A stretch of DNA of 64,000 nucleotides, the filler included, from Diploschistes diacapsis (Eukaryota): the NCBI GenBank assembly GCA_023645945.1. It is 26 parts of 26 records of this genome, joined end to end, with 100 filler letters (N's around TTAATTAATTAA, not from the genome) between each part and the next. Parts side by side here need not be neighbours in the genome. Positions count along the whole stretch, not along the records: positions 11,450 to 29,720 come from JALAIB010000418.1; positions 29,821 to 30,864 come from JALAIB010004180.1; positions 30,965 to 32,007 come from JALAIB010004181.1; positions 32,108 to 33,150 come from JALAIB010004182.1; positions 33,251 to 34,293 come from JALAIB010004183.1; positions 34,394 to 35,436 come from JALAIB010004184.1; positions 35,537 to 36,579 come from JALAIB010004185.1; 19 more parts are not named here. One strand, 5' to 3'. The stretch's first letter is position 1. Each line of letters starts with the position of its first letter. Under the pieces are notes generated by a model. The model was given only the letters and a program-made list of their open reading frames with translations. It ran no database searches and was not told the origin of the DNA. A program made the translations under genes and the position numbers. Positions 24,038 to 36,120 of the stretch are shown piece after piece.

Positions 24038-26863
24038 ATGGACCCAATTACGATCATCGGCCTTGTAGCCTCGGTCACCAATCTCATTCATGTTAGCAAG
24101 TCGGTACTCGAGGTAATTAAGACCTTCAAAGACGGCGGCAAAGATCTTTCCAATCTCTTGAATGAGACAGCGGTTTTTGCGGAAGCTCTCACCGGGTTTG
24201 AACGTGTGTTACGAAGCCGTGCAACATCACATCACATATCCGGTGCAGCCATTGAAAGCGTTCTAGAGACCTCGACGAATACCATGAAAGATCTGGAGCT
24301 ACGCCTGAAGCAGATATCTAGCTCTGAAGTCTCAGCTGTGCGTCGACTGAAGTGGGTACAACATGCCTCCAGGCTCGAGAAACTTCATGAACGACTGAAA
24401 GAACAAAATGCGATGCTCCAAACATTTCTCTCTATTACTCACGCGTTCGTGCTCCCAGTGTCTTTACGATAGTGACTGATTAAGTACTTAGAGAGACATT
24501 CTTAGCAGTCGCCAGCCAATACCCTCAGTATATGTTTTCTTCTTGTTCTGCAGAGGAGACGGAGATAGAGGGAAGGAGCCCTCCTGCAGACTCCGCTCGA
24601 TTAAAGGCATCACACCCCGAACATGGGGCGAGACGTCTTTCTACTGCCAGCTCACTGGCAACTGTAGAGAGCATTCCTGAAACAACTTTGTCCATGGAAT
24701 CTCTCTCCATAGTCAGTTCTGTTTCAAGTTATGGGAGCTCGATGCAGTTGCCCCAAGACGCTACTCAGCATGTAGCTCTGGAGGATGTGTCTGAAGTTTC
24801 CAAGCATCCTTCGACTGACCCTCAGAAAATCGCTGGATCTTTATATAGTTTAAGGCGAAGAGCTGCTCCCAACATTTCCCAAAATACCCTGGAGGTCCGC
24901 AAAGCATGCCGATATGATTGCAATTGCAAATGCCATGAATCAGATGCTATTAAGCCTCACGGAGGCCTCCTGAGGTTCAAGAGCAGCAAAGCGCGATGCA
25001 CTGATCCGATGTGCTGGAGTACTTCAGCAGCTGAAATAACATACGCAAAGCAGTCGGTATCTTTTCGCAATGCTTTGTTTCAAGTTATACCTTCCAAAAG
25101 TATCAAATTGCGCTATAATTTGAATACGTATCGCATGGTCCCAGAAGGATCCGACGCCATGAGATATATCAAGCATGGGAACTTGAAGAAATTACAATCA
25201 TGTATTCAATGCGGTGAGGCAACCATATGGGATACAGCACCGGATGGATGGTCCTTACTTCACGTAAGTGAGGCTAGTCAAGTGAGTAGAGGTGTCGACT
25301 AATTCGAGCAAGACAGCAGCTTATAACCGCCAACTACCGATTGTCAAATACTTGATAAACTTGGGCGTTGATACTGAAGTTGGAGATGTGGGATCACGGT
25401 CGGTCATCTCTCTATATTCTCAATTGGAATGAGCAAAATACTGACAAAAGTGTTGGCTGCAAGGAAACCTGCCGATCTGGCCATCCTGAAATCCCTAGGT
25501 CAAGATGCTACGCAGGTGGAGCACGATGTAGTGGCAGTATTTTCAGAGAAAGACGACTGTTTGAGTGACTTCGAATTTACTCCTATTCATATAGCAGTGC
25601 TGGACATGTATAGTGCTACGGACCTGGAACGTCCTTCGCTCGAGAGGTAAGTGTTCATCAAGCCTCCCATAACCTCTTCTTATCCTGATCCTAAAAGTTT
25701 CGTTCAGAAACCTCTTAGAAATTAGCTGACCAGACAATAGGCTTATTGAGGTTATTGATGATGCAAACAACGCGCCAGCAAACACAGATTGGGCGGCATG
25801 GAAACGGAGGTTCAGGAGAAGATCTCCGCTTTTTACTAACATAGTTGAATATTTCCGAGCTTCGGCCTTCGAGCAGCCAAAAGGGAAAAAAATAATCCAT
25901 AATCTTCTCGATCAGAAAGACAAAAAGTTTAATTGGACGCCACTTCACTGGGCTGCATCTGCAGGCCACGTTGAAAAGATGAGAATTCTTGTGGAGCATG
26001 GAGCAGACCCGTGCATACTTTCGAATCTGAATGCCAATATCATTCATGCGGCTGCGGAATCAAAACTCGATAGGGGCTTAGCGGGAGCTCTTGAGATTTG
26101 GAAACGGTGTTCGGACCAGCTTGACATCAATCAAGCTAACAGGTGGGCTGAAACGCCTTTACACGTTGCTGCATGGTGTTCCTCGGCATGTGTTAAGCTT
26201 CTTTTAAACGCAGGGGTGAATCCGGGTATAAGAGAAGAAAATGGCCAAGTCCCCCTCCACTGTGCTGGCCTTTCCGGACAAGGACCTGACAGACGAGAGA
26301 TCGTCTCCCTCTTATGTAAATCACAAAGCGAGGTGCATGTCAACTTGCAGGATTGCGATGGCCGGTCACCCATATTCGATTTCCTTGACGACTGCGAATG
26401 CATCGAAATGCTTATTCAACACGGTGCCAGGCTAGAGCTAACGGACAACTCGGGAAGCAGTGTGTTCCACCACGTCTGCATACAGGACGAGAGCGAAGCT
26501 TTGGCTACTATACTGCGGCTTACCAACGACCTTAGGTTACCTCGGGCGAAGAATGACGACGGCAACACTGCTTTAATGGAAGCTTTACGCAACTCGAGCA
26601 TCAATTGCGCTATGATACTATTAGAGCTCGAAGATGCGGGAGACATCATCAGTAGCGATGGGTGGGCTGCTGTGCACTATGCGGCGAAGATTGGAGATGC
26701 AGATCTGCTGGAGGCAGTATTCAAACATTCGAGCTTCATGAAAGCAATGAAGACCATGGACGGGAAAGGGGCTGATGTTGTCGCAATGGAAGCGGGTAAT
26801 TGGCATGGTAGAATTAAGGACTTGATTAAGGAACATGACTATCTTGGCTGGAATCCAAGTTGA
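24038..26863 (+). CDS. HeLo-like (fungal STAND N-terminal) + Cys-rich linker + ankyrin-repeat protein, ~856 aa (exons 24038-24444, 24492-25263, 25313-25398, 25464-25646, 25741-26863)
   Basis: MDPITIIGLVASV...RRLKWV...LEKLHERL helical N-domain; CRYDCNCKCH...CTDPMC; many ankyrin units (GWSLLHTAA, WTPLHWAA, ETPLHVAA, GQVPLHCA, GNTALMEA, GWAAVHYAA). Four GT-AG introns give an uninterrupted 2571-nt frame. Confidence 0.8.
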
Positions 26864-27134
26864 TGATCAATACCCAACGGTTTCATTAATTCCCCTATCA
26901 TGGTAGTAAATAGTCATGTATGAAAATCGCAGAGAGTAGGGAACGAATAACAATTACGTGGAATATATTGGCCCCCGTCCTAACACGCCAAGCTTTTGGT
27001 AGCTCCGACCTTATGAGGTCCTCACGCTGTCCAACCTTGCATAACAGCTATTGCCCTCCGCCAAGCTTCAACAAAACCGCTGCCTCTAGCTTCTCTCACG
27101 TACTTGACACATGGAACGAGAAAGCCCGAAGGTG

Positions 27135-27870
27135 ATGACGCAAGTCCACCGAAGCACAGTCGACAGACTAGACAAACCTAGTGCGTATTACTTGGGAAAG
27201 GTATGAGAGTCAACACGCGATTCCGATCTACGCTTACAATTACAGAACAAGCGGCGCAAGTTTGAGAAAGACCGAGATGACCGTGGTGACAGGCAACGGA
27301 CGCCAGAAGAACCAGAGGACCCTCTAGCGAACGCGACTACGCTTTATGTTGGCAACCTGTCTGTTCGAATGTCCGAATCAACATGAAGCTTGGCTCACCC
27401 TGACAGATCTTTCTATACTACCGAAGAGCAGATACACGAGTTATTTGCCAAGTACAAAGGGCCATTTCCCATACGAAGTGAAGCCGGGCTGATAGGTATA
27501 GATGCGGAGAGATCAAGAGACTGGTTATGGGGCTGGACCGATTCTCCAAGACGCCCTGCGGCTTCTGCTTTGTTGAATACTACACACACCAGGATGCGTT
27601 AGATTGTATGAAGTATATTGGGGGAACAAAACTAGACGAGCGGATAATTAGGACAGATCTGGATCCTGGCTTCCAAGAGGGACGGCAATATGGGTAGATC
27701 TCCTCTAGTGGCCACTTTGCCGCATGCTGACCTGGAATAGGCGCGGCAAGTCTGGCGGTCAAGTCCGTGACGAGTATCGCGACGAGTACGATCCTGGACG
27801 AGGGGGATACGGCAAGGCTTACGCAAATGAACAGCGGAAAGCCGAAGAGGAGTATGGGCGAGGTAGGTAG
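27135..27870 (+). CDS. CBC2: Nuclear cap-binding protein subunit 2, Cbp20 (exons 27135-27200, 27246-27358, 27407-27451, 27502-27693, 27741-27870)
   Basis: Spliced product contains [64 protein letters not shown]. Confidence 0.95.
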
Positions 27871-27986
27871 TCGATATTCAAGTATTGCATGCTTTAGATT
27901 AGCAAGGCGTTGGGGAATCGAATGCTCTTGGTCTATTATCTCCAGCATATACTACTAGCCTTTGTTAGAGGACTGTGTCGGTCGAC

Positions 27987-28909
27987 CTACTTGCCAGACC
28001 AATTGGGCACTGGGTACCGATCCCGTCTTCGAAGGACAGCCGATTTGACCTCTCCAAGCCACCAGGCATGAATACGAGGATCTTGAGTCAGTTCAGGATG
28101 GAAACTGGTTCCAAAAACATTGCCTTGCTTCACCGCAACAATGTTGCCGGCGTCCTGGTCAACACCAATTTCTTCTGTCTCGTGTGCTGGGGCCCTCTTA
28201 GTTCTATCTGGAACTCTTGCCATGATTTCGACAGGCTGATTGACTTCCTCCGCTGCTATGCCATCCTCGACAGGTCTCGCCGGAGCGATGACAGTGTCGT
28301 TCCGCCCAGCTTCCTCTGCTTGCTCGCCCCTCACAACAGGTAGCACTTTCTCTACTACAGGTGCCCGAATGAAAATGCCATGGAACTTTGATGACTCGAT
28401 TCCTTCGGCTTCCAAAAACGGGAGGTCAAGGTCTGCTTCGAAGCTCTCGGCCTGTCTGCCAAAGTGATTGCGATTAACCCTTACATCGAGACCGCCTATC
28501 AAATCTTGACCTCCTCTCTTTGTCCGATTCGCCGATTCAGCAAGCAAGATCAAGCCCGCACATGTGCCCCAAGTCGGGTTGCGGCGCACCCTGCGAAGAT
28601 AAGCCAGCAGCATGCGCACACGGAGCTTTATTACTTCACAAAGTCTCTCAAGGGCTCCAGAAGGCCGGAACTTGCCGCCACCAAGGCCATCGTCGTGCTT
28701 TCTCCGCCGGGAATGACAAGGGCGTCACATGATGCAAGTTCCGTTGGATTACGAACTTCTTGGAATGACCAAGATGTGGTCCTTAGGCTTTCAGACCTGG
28801 CAACGGCTTGCGAAAGGTGTCGTTGGTGTTCGAGGAATGCGCCCTGGAGAGCTAGAATTCCTACTGTAATTGTGCTTGTGCTGGTAGATGTCGTCGTAGC
28901 GGAGGTCAT
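27987..28909 (-). CDS. SNO1: Pyridoxal 5'-phosphate synthase glutaminase subunit (Pdx2); intron 28634-28591
   Basis: VGILALQGAFLEH, IPGGESTTM, WGTCAGLILL, RNHFGRQ, FIRAP, GTSFHPELT. Confidence 0.95.
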
Positions 28910-29834
28910 GGCTGTTCAATCCAAGGGCGTGATTACTTTGAACCTGCAAGTATCGTTCAATTTCGGGAGATTTAATTAGATGAAACGTGGTGAAGACACC
29001 ATGACTCAACAGTAGATTTGACATGCTGCTTGATTCTGCCTCGTGAGATTTATTGGCGGTATCCAATGGGAAATCCTGGCAACGTCATTTCAAGTGGAAT
29101 CTGGGAATCCCGTCCCTTCATGTCCTCCGAAAATGCCAGTCTTGTCAGTGTATCTGCCATAACAAAGCAGACAGCCTTTTACTAGAAACCGTTATGTTAG
29201 CAAAAGCTGGTAGGGTTGTATGCTGGCCATTTAAATGCCTTCCCCTCTTCATTGATGGGGGCGTGGAACTACAACATTCAGCCGTCAACCTGCCACCTAA
29301 CATAACCATTATCTACCGCCTCTCAATGGCAAGAGAAACGGGCTAACATAAGACTACATAGGCTCTAGGCACATCAAAGATTGAGTACGGAACTTGATCT
29401 TGTGGCCAACCTTCCCATTCAGGTGTCCTCTGCTCATGACACTACCTTATACACGGGCAATTAGTGAAGCTATGTTCTGGATTTCAAGATTATCTGTGAT
29501 CTTCAACAAGCCTCGACGATCCCGGAATGGATCCATGGTCCAACAACTTGTATCAGTGTTTAAGGGAGTCCGACGAGAACGGTATCCGAGCATTCCTAAA
29601 AACCGGAAATCTGGATCCGTATGCTGAACATGACCAACAAAACCCAAGAGGTCAAAGCCTTGGCGACCGGACGTCAGGGCCCTTTTGATGTATACTCGGC
29701 AGCAGAACAGAAACGCAGGCNNNNNNNNNNNNNNNNNNNNNNNNNNNNNNNNNNNNNNNNNNNNTTAATTAATTAANNNNNNNNNNNNNNNNNNNNNNNN
29801 NNNNNNNNNNNNNNNNNNNNTACGTTAAATCTTA

Positions 29835-30600
29835 TCGATCTCCTTATTAATCTTCGATATTTAATAATACTATTATTTACGCTATTAGATCTAATCGAAA
29901 CCTTTAATAACCATCGAGACCTAATTTTATCACCGCTAAATTTGCTCGATAACCTCGTTAAAGATCGAAGTTCAATTAAATCCAATATTAAACCCTATCG
30001 ATCATTTTAATAACCTTCGATATCTAACAGAACCGCTACCTTTTCTATTAAATCTAATCGAATCTCTTATTAATTTTCGAAACCTAATAGAATCGCTATC
30101 TTCGCTATTAAACCTTTTCGACCTTATCCATTATCGAGAATCAGTTAAATTATACTAAACTATCTCGATATCTCCGATAATGATCGACATTTAACTAAAC
30201 TACGCTGAACCTTCTCGATTATCTCGTTAATCTTTAATATCTAACAATACCGCTACTTATACTATTAAATCCAGTCGAATCCCTCGTCATTCTTCGATAT
30301 CCAGCCAAATCGCTATCTACGTTATTAAACCTGATCGAAAACCTTATTAACTATGGAAATTCAATTAAACCATTACTAAACCCGTTCGACCTTCGTTAAC
30401 ATCGACATTCAATTCTATTATCGCTAAATTTAATCGATATCTTATTAATTTCGAAATCTAACCGAAACGCTATTTCCGCCGTTAGATCTATTCGACCTTT
30501 CGACAATAATCGAGATTCAACTATACCTATCGTTAAAACAACTCGATCCTCTTCGACAATCATCGAAAGTTCGATTAAACTAATACTGAACTCATTCGAT
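29835..30600. repeat. Degenerate AT-rich minisatellite, ~14 units of ~50 or ~60 bp
   Basis: Recurrent TTAATCTTCGATATCTAA...CGCTA...CTATTAAATCTAATCGA units at ~29843, 30005, 30066, 30225, 30284 and 30441, with shorter related units between them. Confidence 0.6.
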
Positions 30601-31089
30601 CAAAAAAAGCAACAAAATAAAAGACAATCTTATATACAAGCGAATCTGAGACAGCCCAGCCCAGGGGCCTGCCAAGCCACAGCAGGGTTAGTGCCCAGGG
30701 GCTTGTCAAGCCACGGCAGGGTCAATGCCCAGGTGCTTGCCAAGACACGGCAGGGTCAGGGGGTGGCTGTGTAGATGGGTAGTCCCCGAACCCCGGTAGG
30801 CCTGGCACCCACACTACTTAACGGTGCCCTCCTCCCACCTAGATAGTTTCTTCTTCAGCTTTTTNNNNNNNNNNNNNNNNNNNNNNNNNNNNNNNNNNNN
30901 NNNNNNNNTTAATTAATTAANNNNNNNNNNNNNNNNNNNNNNNNNNNNNNNNNNNNNNNNNNNNTATGAATATATTCGGCCGCGTATTCTTTTTCATTAT
31001 ATTACATTATTACTACGTCGAGCCAGCGTTGTATAGCCCCGTAATTTATGGTATTAAATTTATCCGACTCGATCTATCTCGTTTAAATA

Positions 31090-31892
31090 ACGTGTTTCAC
31101 GGTCATCTCGGCCACCCCCCCATCTCGGCCACTTATGCCAAGAAATATTTTACATCTTTAATAACTCTTCGAATTTGATCGTTATTTTTGATTTTTTTAC
31201 GAAATATTATTATTAGTTCAATCATTTATCATACCCGAAAAATGCATGTGGATTATGTCACCGGTTATTATTTCAAAGCGAATTGAAAATAACGATTCGA
31301 AAACACGTATTATTTTATCTTTTAAAATCAGCCATAACGCAGCAAAACATATATATTTCTAAATATATCATTATAAGCGGCTTTATGCGTAGATCTTAAT
31401 AAAAAAAAACGGGTTTTCGACGTTATGCAGTGGTTGTATAACGTTTTTCATCATTTTTCAGTTATTTTAGACTAAACGAAAATTAGCCGTCGCCAATCAA
31501 AATTCTTTAAATCTACTGATTTTAAAGAATAAGACCACGTAACGACTGTAAAACGTCAAAAAAACGTTTTTTTTATATTTTTATTAAAGTCTACGCATTA
31601 TAGCGCTTAGAATGATATATTGAAAAAACATAGTTTTTGCTACGTTATGAACGAATTTAAAAGATAAAATAATACGTGTTTTCGAGTCGTTATTTCCAAT
31701 TCGCTTTAAAAAAATAATTGTTAATATAATCAATTTATATTTTTCGGGTATGATCGAGGATTGAGCTAATAGTAATATTTCGAAAAAAAATTAAAAATAA
31801 CGATCAAATTCGAAGATTTATTAAAGATTTAAAATATTTCTTGGCCAAAGTGGCCCAGATGGGGGGGTGGCCCAACTCCCCATGAAACACGT
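31090..31892. mobile_element. Complete 803-bp foldback MITE (Tc1/pogo-type) with TA target duplication
   Basis: TA|ACGTGTTTCA...TGAAACACGT|TA; ~345-bp imperfect inverted arms. Partial copy at 36121-36439; related terminus ends at 9300. Confidence 0.85.
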
Positions 31893-32457
31893 TATATGCT
31901 TGTACGAAAGGCATATATCGATTTTTGATATTAGACGGTTATGGAGGTTATAAATCATTCGAATTCAATCGATATTATATGAATTATTTAATTGTTCCGT
32001 TATACATNNNNNNNNNNNNNNNNNNNNNNNNNNNNNNNNNNNNNNNNNNNNTTAATTAATTAANNNNNNNNNNNNNNNNNNNNNNNNNNNNNNNNNNNNN
32101 NNNNNNNGGTCTATACTAATCTCTAAATAGATTATTATTTAATAATAAAAATAAAACGAATATAAATTGATCTCGAATAATCGTTAAAGATATTTATAAA
32201 AATAAACATACCCCGATTTATAAGAGCCATGGCGCGTTCATATATAGTTAATTACTCTTTAACGGAGTAGATCAGTAAATAAATAAAATTACCGTTTTCC
32301 CGTTCTACTTATAGAGGGTAAAATAGCCTCTAAGACTTTTTATTCATCACGTGACCAGTATTACCATGATTGGACTATATACAAGGAGTGGTTGGGTTAG
32401 GCTCGATCAGCTATGAAGTGCCAAGTGGACTACCACCTAGTTACTTGGATCGTAACA

Positions 32458-33150
32458 GATGTCCCCCCATACAACTCGAATTTAAAGCCATCTCGACCGA
32501 TCCGAAGAAACTTAAAACCAAACTAAATAATAAAATTACGACCTACGGACACGAGCATAAAATAATAGAGCTATAAAGGCTTATCGATAATTACCTTAAT
32601 TTATTTATTGACACGGGTAATATTAATGTACCAGAGCATTTAAAGATCCCATTAATAAACGATTAAAAAGAAAAATACAGCGCCAATATAGCAAAAATAT
32701 ATCCTATTGATAACCGGGATAAGGCTGTAATTGACGAAACTTTCGATAAATTACATGCTAAAAGCTAGATAAAATGAACTAAAGAACCTACGCCATTCAA
32801 TTTTCCTATGTTCGTTATATAGAAAGTAACTGACGATATCAAAAAAGATCGTATCGTTATCGATATTAAGACCTTAAACCGGGTATTAAAACGAGACATT
32901 TATCCAATATTAAATCAATTATATATACTAAACGCTATCAAAAGATCGATCTTCATATCGGTAATAAATACTATTTAATTCTTTTATTAATTCTAGACGA
33001 AGAAAGAGCACCGGCATAAATTAACGATAATGTCCTATTAAAACCAAGAGATATTCAAAATACCGATTATAAGATATAAGAATACGCTTACTTTTATATA
33101 ACGTGTAATAAACAACCTATTAAAAAATTTAAAAAGCTTTTATCGCGTAT
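32458..33150 (+). mobile_element. Ty3/Gypsy reverse transcriptase relic, preceded by a partial LTR-A (32108-32457)
   Basis: PFNFPMFVI*K...DRIVIDIKTLN...DIYP...HRHKLTIMS...YKN, with many stops. Confidence 0.75.
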
Positions 33151-34635
33151 NNNNNNNNNNNNNNNNNNNNNNNNNNNNNNNNNNNNNNNNNNNNTTAATT
33201 AATTAANNNNNNNNNNNNNNNNNNNNNNNNNNNNNNNNNNNNNNNNNNNNGCGTTATTATCCTAAATGCACGAAATATTACAGATCTAGCCATCGATAGC
33301 GATCGCCCGGTTATATTATTAATAATATTTATTTTTAAGGATATTTAAATGTTATAATCTTTATTTATATAAGATATACACGAGTAAAATTAAAATAAAT
33401 TTAATTTCTGTTAAAAAAAGAATATAATAAAAAAAAAAAATAAAATAATTATAAATCTTAAACTATTTTTAATAAAAAGATTTTAAAATAATAAAAATAA
33501 CGAATATAAATTAATCCCGAATAATAACTAAGGATATTTATAAAAATAAACACGCCCCGGACTTATAGAGGCCGCAACGACGTTCTTATATAATTTAAAA
33601 CGACAGTCAATCACCGATAACAGAACTGTTATGACAGAGCTATTATTAATAAATATCTATTTCGATAAATCTGTCCCCGATAAATATCTATTTAACGGAA
33701 GTTTATTAGTCACGTAACTTTTGGTCCGTGATTAATCTATATATAAAAAGTGATTGAGAAATGCCCGACTAGCTGTTGCGTGCCAAGTACTACCGACTAG
33801 TACCTTGGATTGTAACATTCTTTTAGCCGATTTCCGCGTTCCTTTTTTTCGTGTTCGGATACGTCTTAAAATAAACGGCGCCGACGTTACGGATATCATA
33901 ATAAAAAAATTATTTATCGCCAACGACCTTAATAATAATACGGAAATCGAAATCGTCGATACCGCGAAATTATCGAACGATATCGATAATCGAAAAATTT
34001 AAAAAAATTTATCGAACCGCGAGATCTATAAAGTAGGCTAGCCGTCACGGATACTAACACGGCCGTGTCCGTGACACGGACACGGCCGTGACAGTATCCG
34101 TGTTTTAAAGTTTTAAGCCGTAATGTCCGTGTCCGTGCTTTTATTATAATACAATATCCGTAAAAATATCCGTATTTTAAAATTTTTAATTATAATATCC
34201 GTGTCCGTGTTTTTATTATAATATAATATCCGTAAAAGTATTCGTATTTTAAAATTTTTAATCATAATATCCGTATTAATACATTTATTATCGNNNNNNN
34301 NNNNNNNNNNNNNNNNNNNNNNNNNNNNNNNNNNNNNTTAATTAATTAANNNNNNNNNNNNNNNNNNNNNNNNNNNNNNNNNNNNNNNNNNNNGGACACG
34401 GACACCGCAGCAAAAAAATCTAAAACACTAACACTGACACCGGCAGTGTCAGTGTCAGTAACGGCCAGCCTAACTTAAATCCTCTTATATTTAAAAAAAC
34501 GATATTAATACGATAAATTATACGTTTTATATAAACCGGCTTTCTTGCATCGCTTATCTTAATGATAGAAATAATTAAAAAGATTCGACGCGAAAGGATC
34601 CGATTCGGTTCGAATTTAGAAGTTATAATTATAAA

Positions 34636-35205
34636 TAGGCTGGCCGTCACTGACACTGACACGGACACTGACAGTGTCAATATCCGTATTTTAGATTTTT
34701 TTGCTGCGGTGTCCGTGTCCGTGGATTCACGGAAATATAGTATCCGTGTTTGTATCCGTGTTTTAGATTTTTTAATTACGGTGTCCGTATCCGTAGATTT
34801 AGGGAAATATAATGTCCGTATCAGTATCCGTGTTTTTAAATTTTTAATTACGGTATCCGTGTCCGTGTCCGTGCTAATAAAATAAACTTTAAAAAATAAA
34901 AACGAGAGAAATAAACGTGATAATTTTAAAAATATTAAAAAAAAAAGTTTTCGTATTTTTACTATAGTACAATATTCGTGTTAATGAATTTACGGAAATA
35001 TAATGTCCGTGTTAGTACCCGTGTTTTTAAAATTTTTATTACGGTGTCCGTGTCCGTGTTTTTACTGCAGTATAGTGTCCGTGTTAGTCTCCGTGTTTTA
35101 AATTTTTTTGCTGCGGTGTCCTTGTCCGTGCTTTCACTGCAGTGCAGTGTCCGTGTTAGTGTCCGTGCCGAGAAATTTTTTGCTGCGGTGTCCGTGTCAG
35201 TGTCC
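34636..35205 (+). mobile_element. hAT-like MITE family 2 (near-complete, interrupted by LTR-A at 35206); other ends at 34034, 34472 (-), 38595, 40945, 62685
   Basis: Shared terminus TAGGCT(G/A)GCCG and dense GTGTCCGT/ACGGACAC subterminal repeats in six copies. Confidence 0.75.
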
Positions 35206-35787
35206 TGTTACGATCCAAGTAACTAGGTGATAGTCCACTTGGCACTTCACAGCTGATCGGGCCTAACCCAATCACTCCTTATATATAGTCCAATCATGAT
35301 AACATTAATCACGTAATAAATAAAAAACCTTAAAGGCTATTTTATCTTCTATAAATAGAACGGAAGAACGATAATTATCTATCTATTAATCTATTCCGCT
35401 AAGAAGTAGTTAATTATATAAAAACCTTTATTATAANNNNNNNNNNNNNNNNNNNNNNNNNNNNNNNNNNNNNNNNNNNNTTAATTAATTAANNNNNNNN
35501 NNNNNNNNNNNNNNNNNNNNNNNNNNNNNNNNNNNNATTTTTTAACTGACGATTTATTTACTAAATCGTATTCTTTAACCGATGACATCTCAATTAATTT
35601 TTTAAAAAACGAAGATATTATCGATTCTCTTCTTCTCTTTTAATCCTTTTTACCAACGGGGGCCATTATTTATAATAATTCGGCGAATAATAATTTCGAG
35701 CTCGATTATCGTAAATACTCGAATACTTAATTCGATTAAAGTTTTAAACTTTCGTGACGAATACAAAAATAAAACGAGCTTTTCGAA

Positions 35788-36120
35788 TATAAAACGCCAA
35801 CGCAGAAATAAGATACTATATTACCGGGAGCTGAACCTGATCCGAAAGGATTACGTGTAACTGGGCATCTATAGATAAAAGATCTCGATTCGAAAAGCTA
35901 GAGAAGAAACTATCTAAATAAGAGGGTGGCAGGAATAAATAGTGTGTAAGTATCAGCCCTACGGGGTTCGGGTTCTACCCGCCTACACAGCCACCCCCTA
36001 ACATCCTTGGCACGGTTGGCACCTGTCATGTGACCCTGCCGTCATGTGACCCTGCCGTCATGTGACCCTGCCGTCACATGACCCCGGTGGCTTGGCAGGC
36101 GCCTGGGCTGATCTGTCTCA
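35788..36120 (-). mobile_element. LTR family E (333 bp); other copies 30647-30864, 38361-38560, 38966-39103
   Basis: TGAGACAG...GGCGTTCTACA consensus ends; copies share CCTAGATAG-like and TACACGTAATCCTT segments. Confidence 0.65.

Noticed and set aside
34420..35226. ORFs rich in VSVSV
   Set aside because: They are translations of the GTGTCCGT repeats of MITE family 2.
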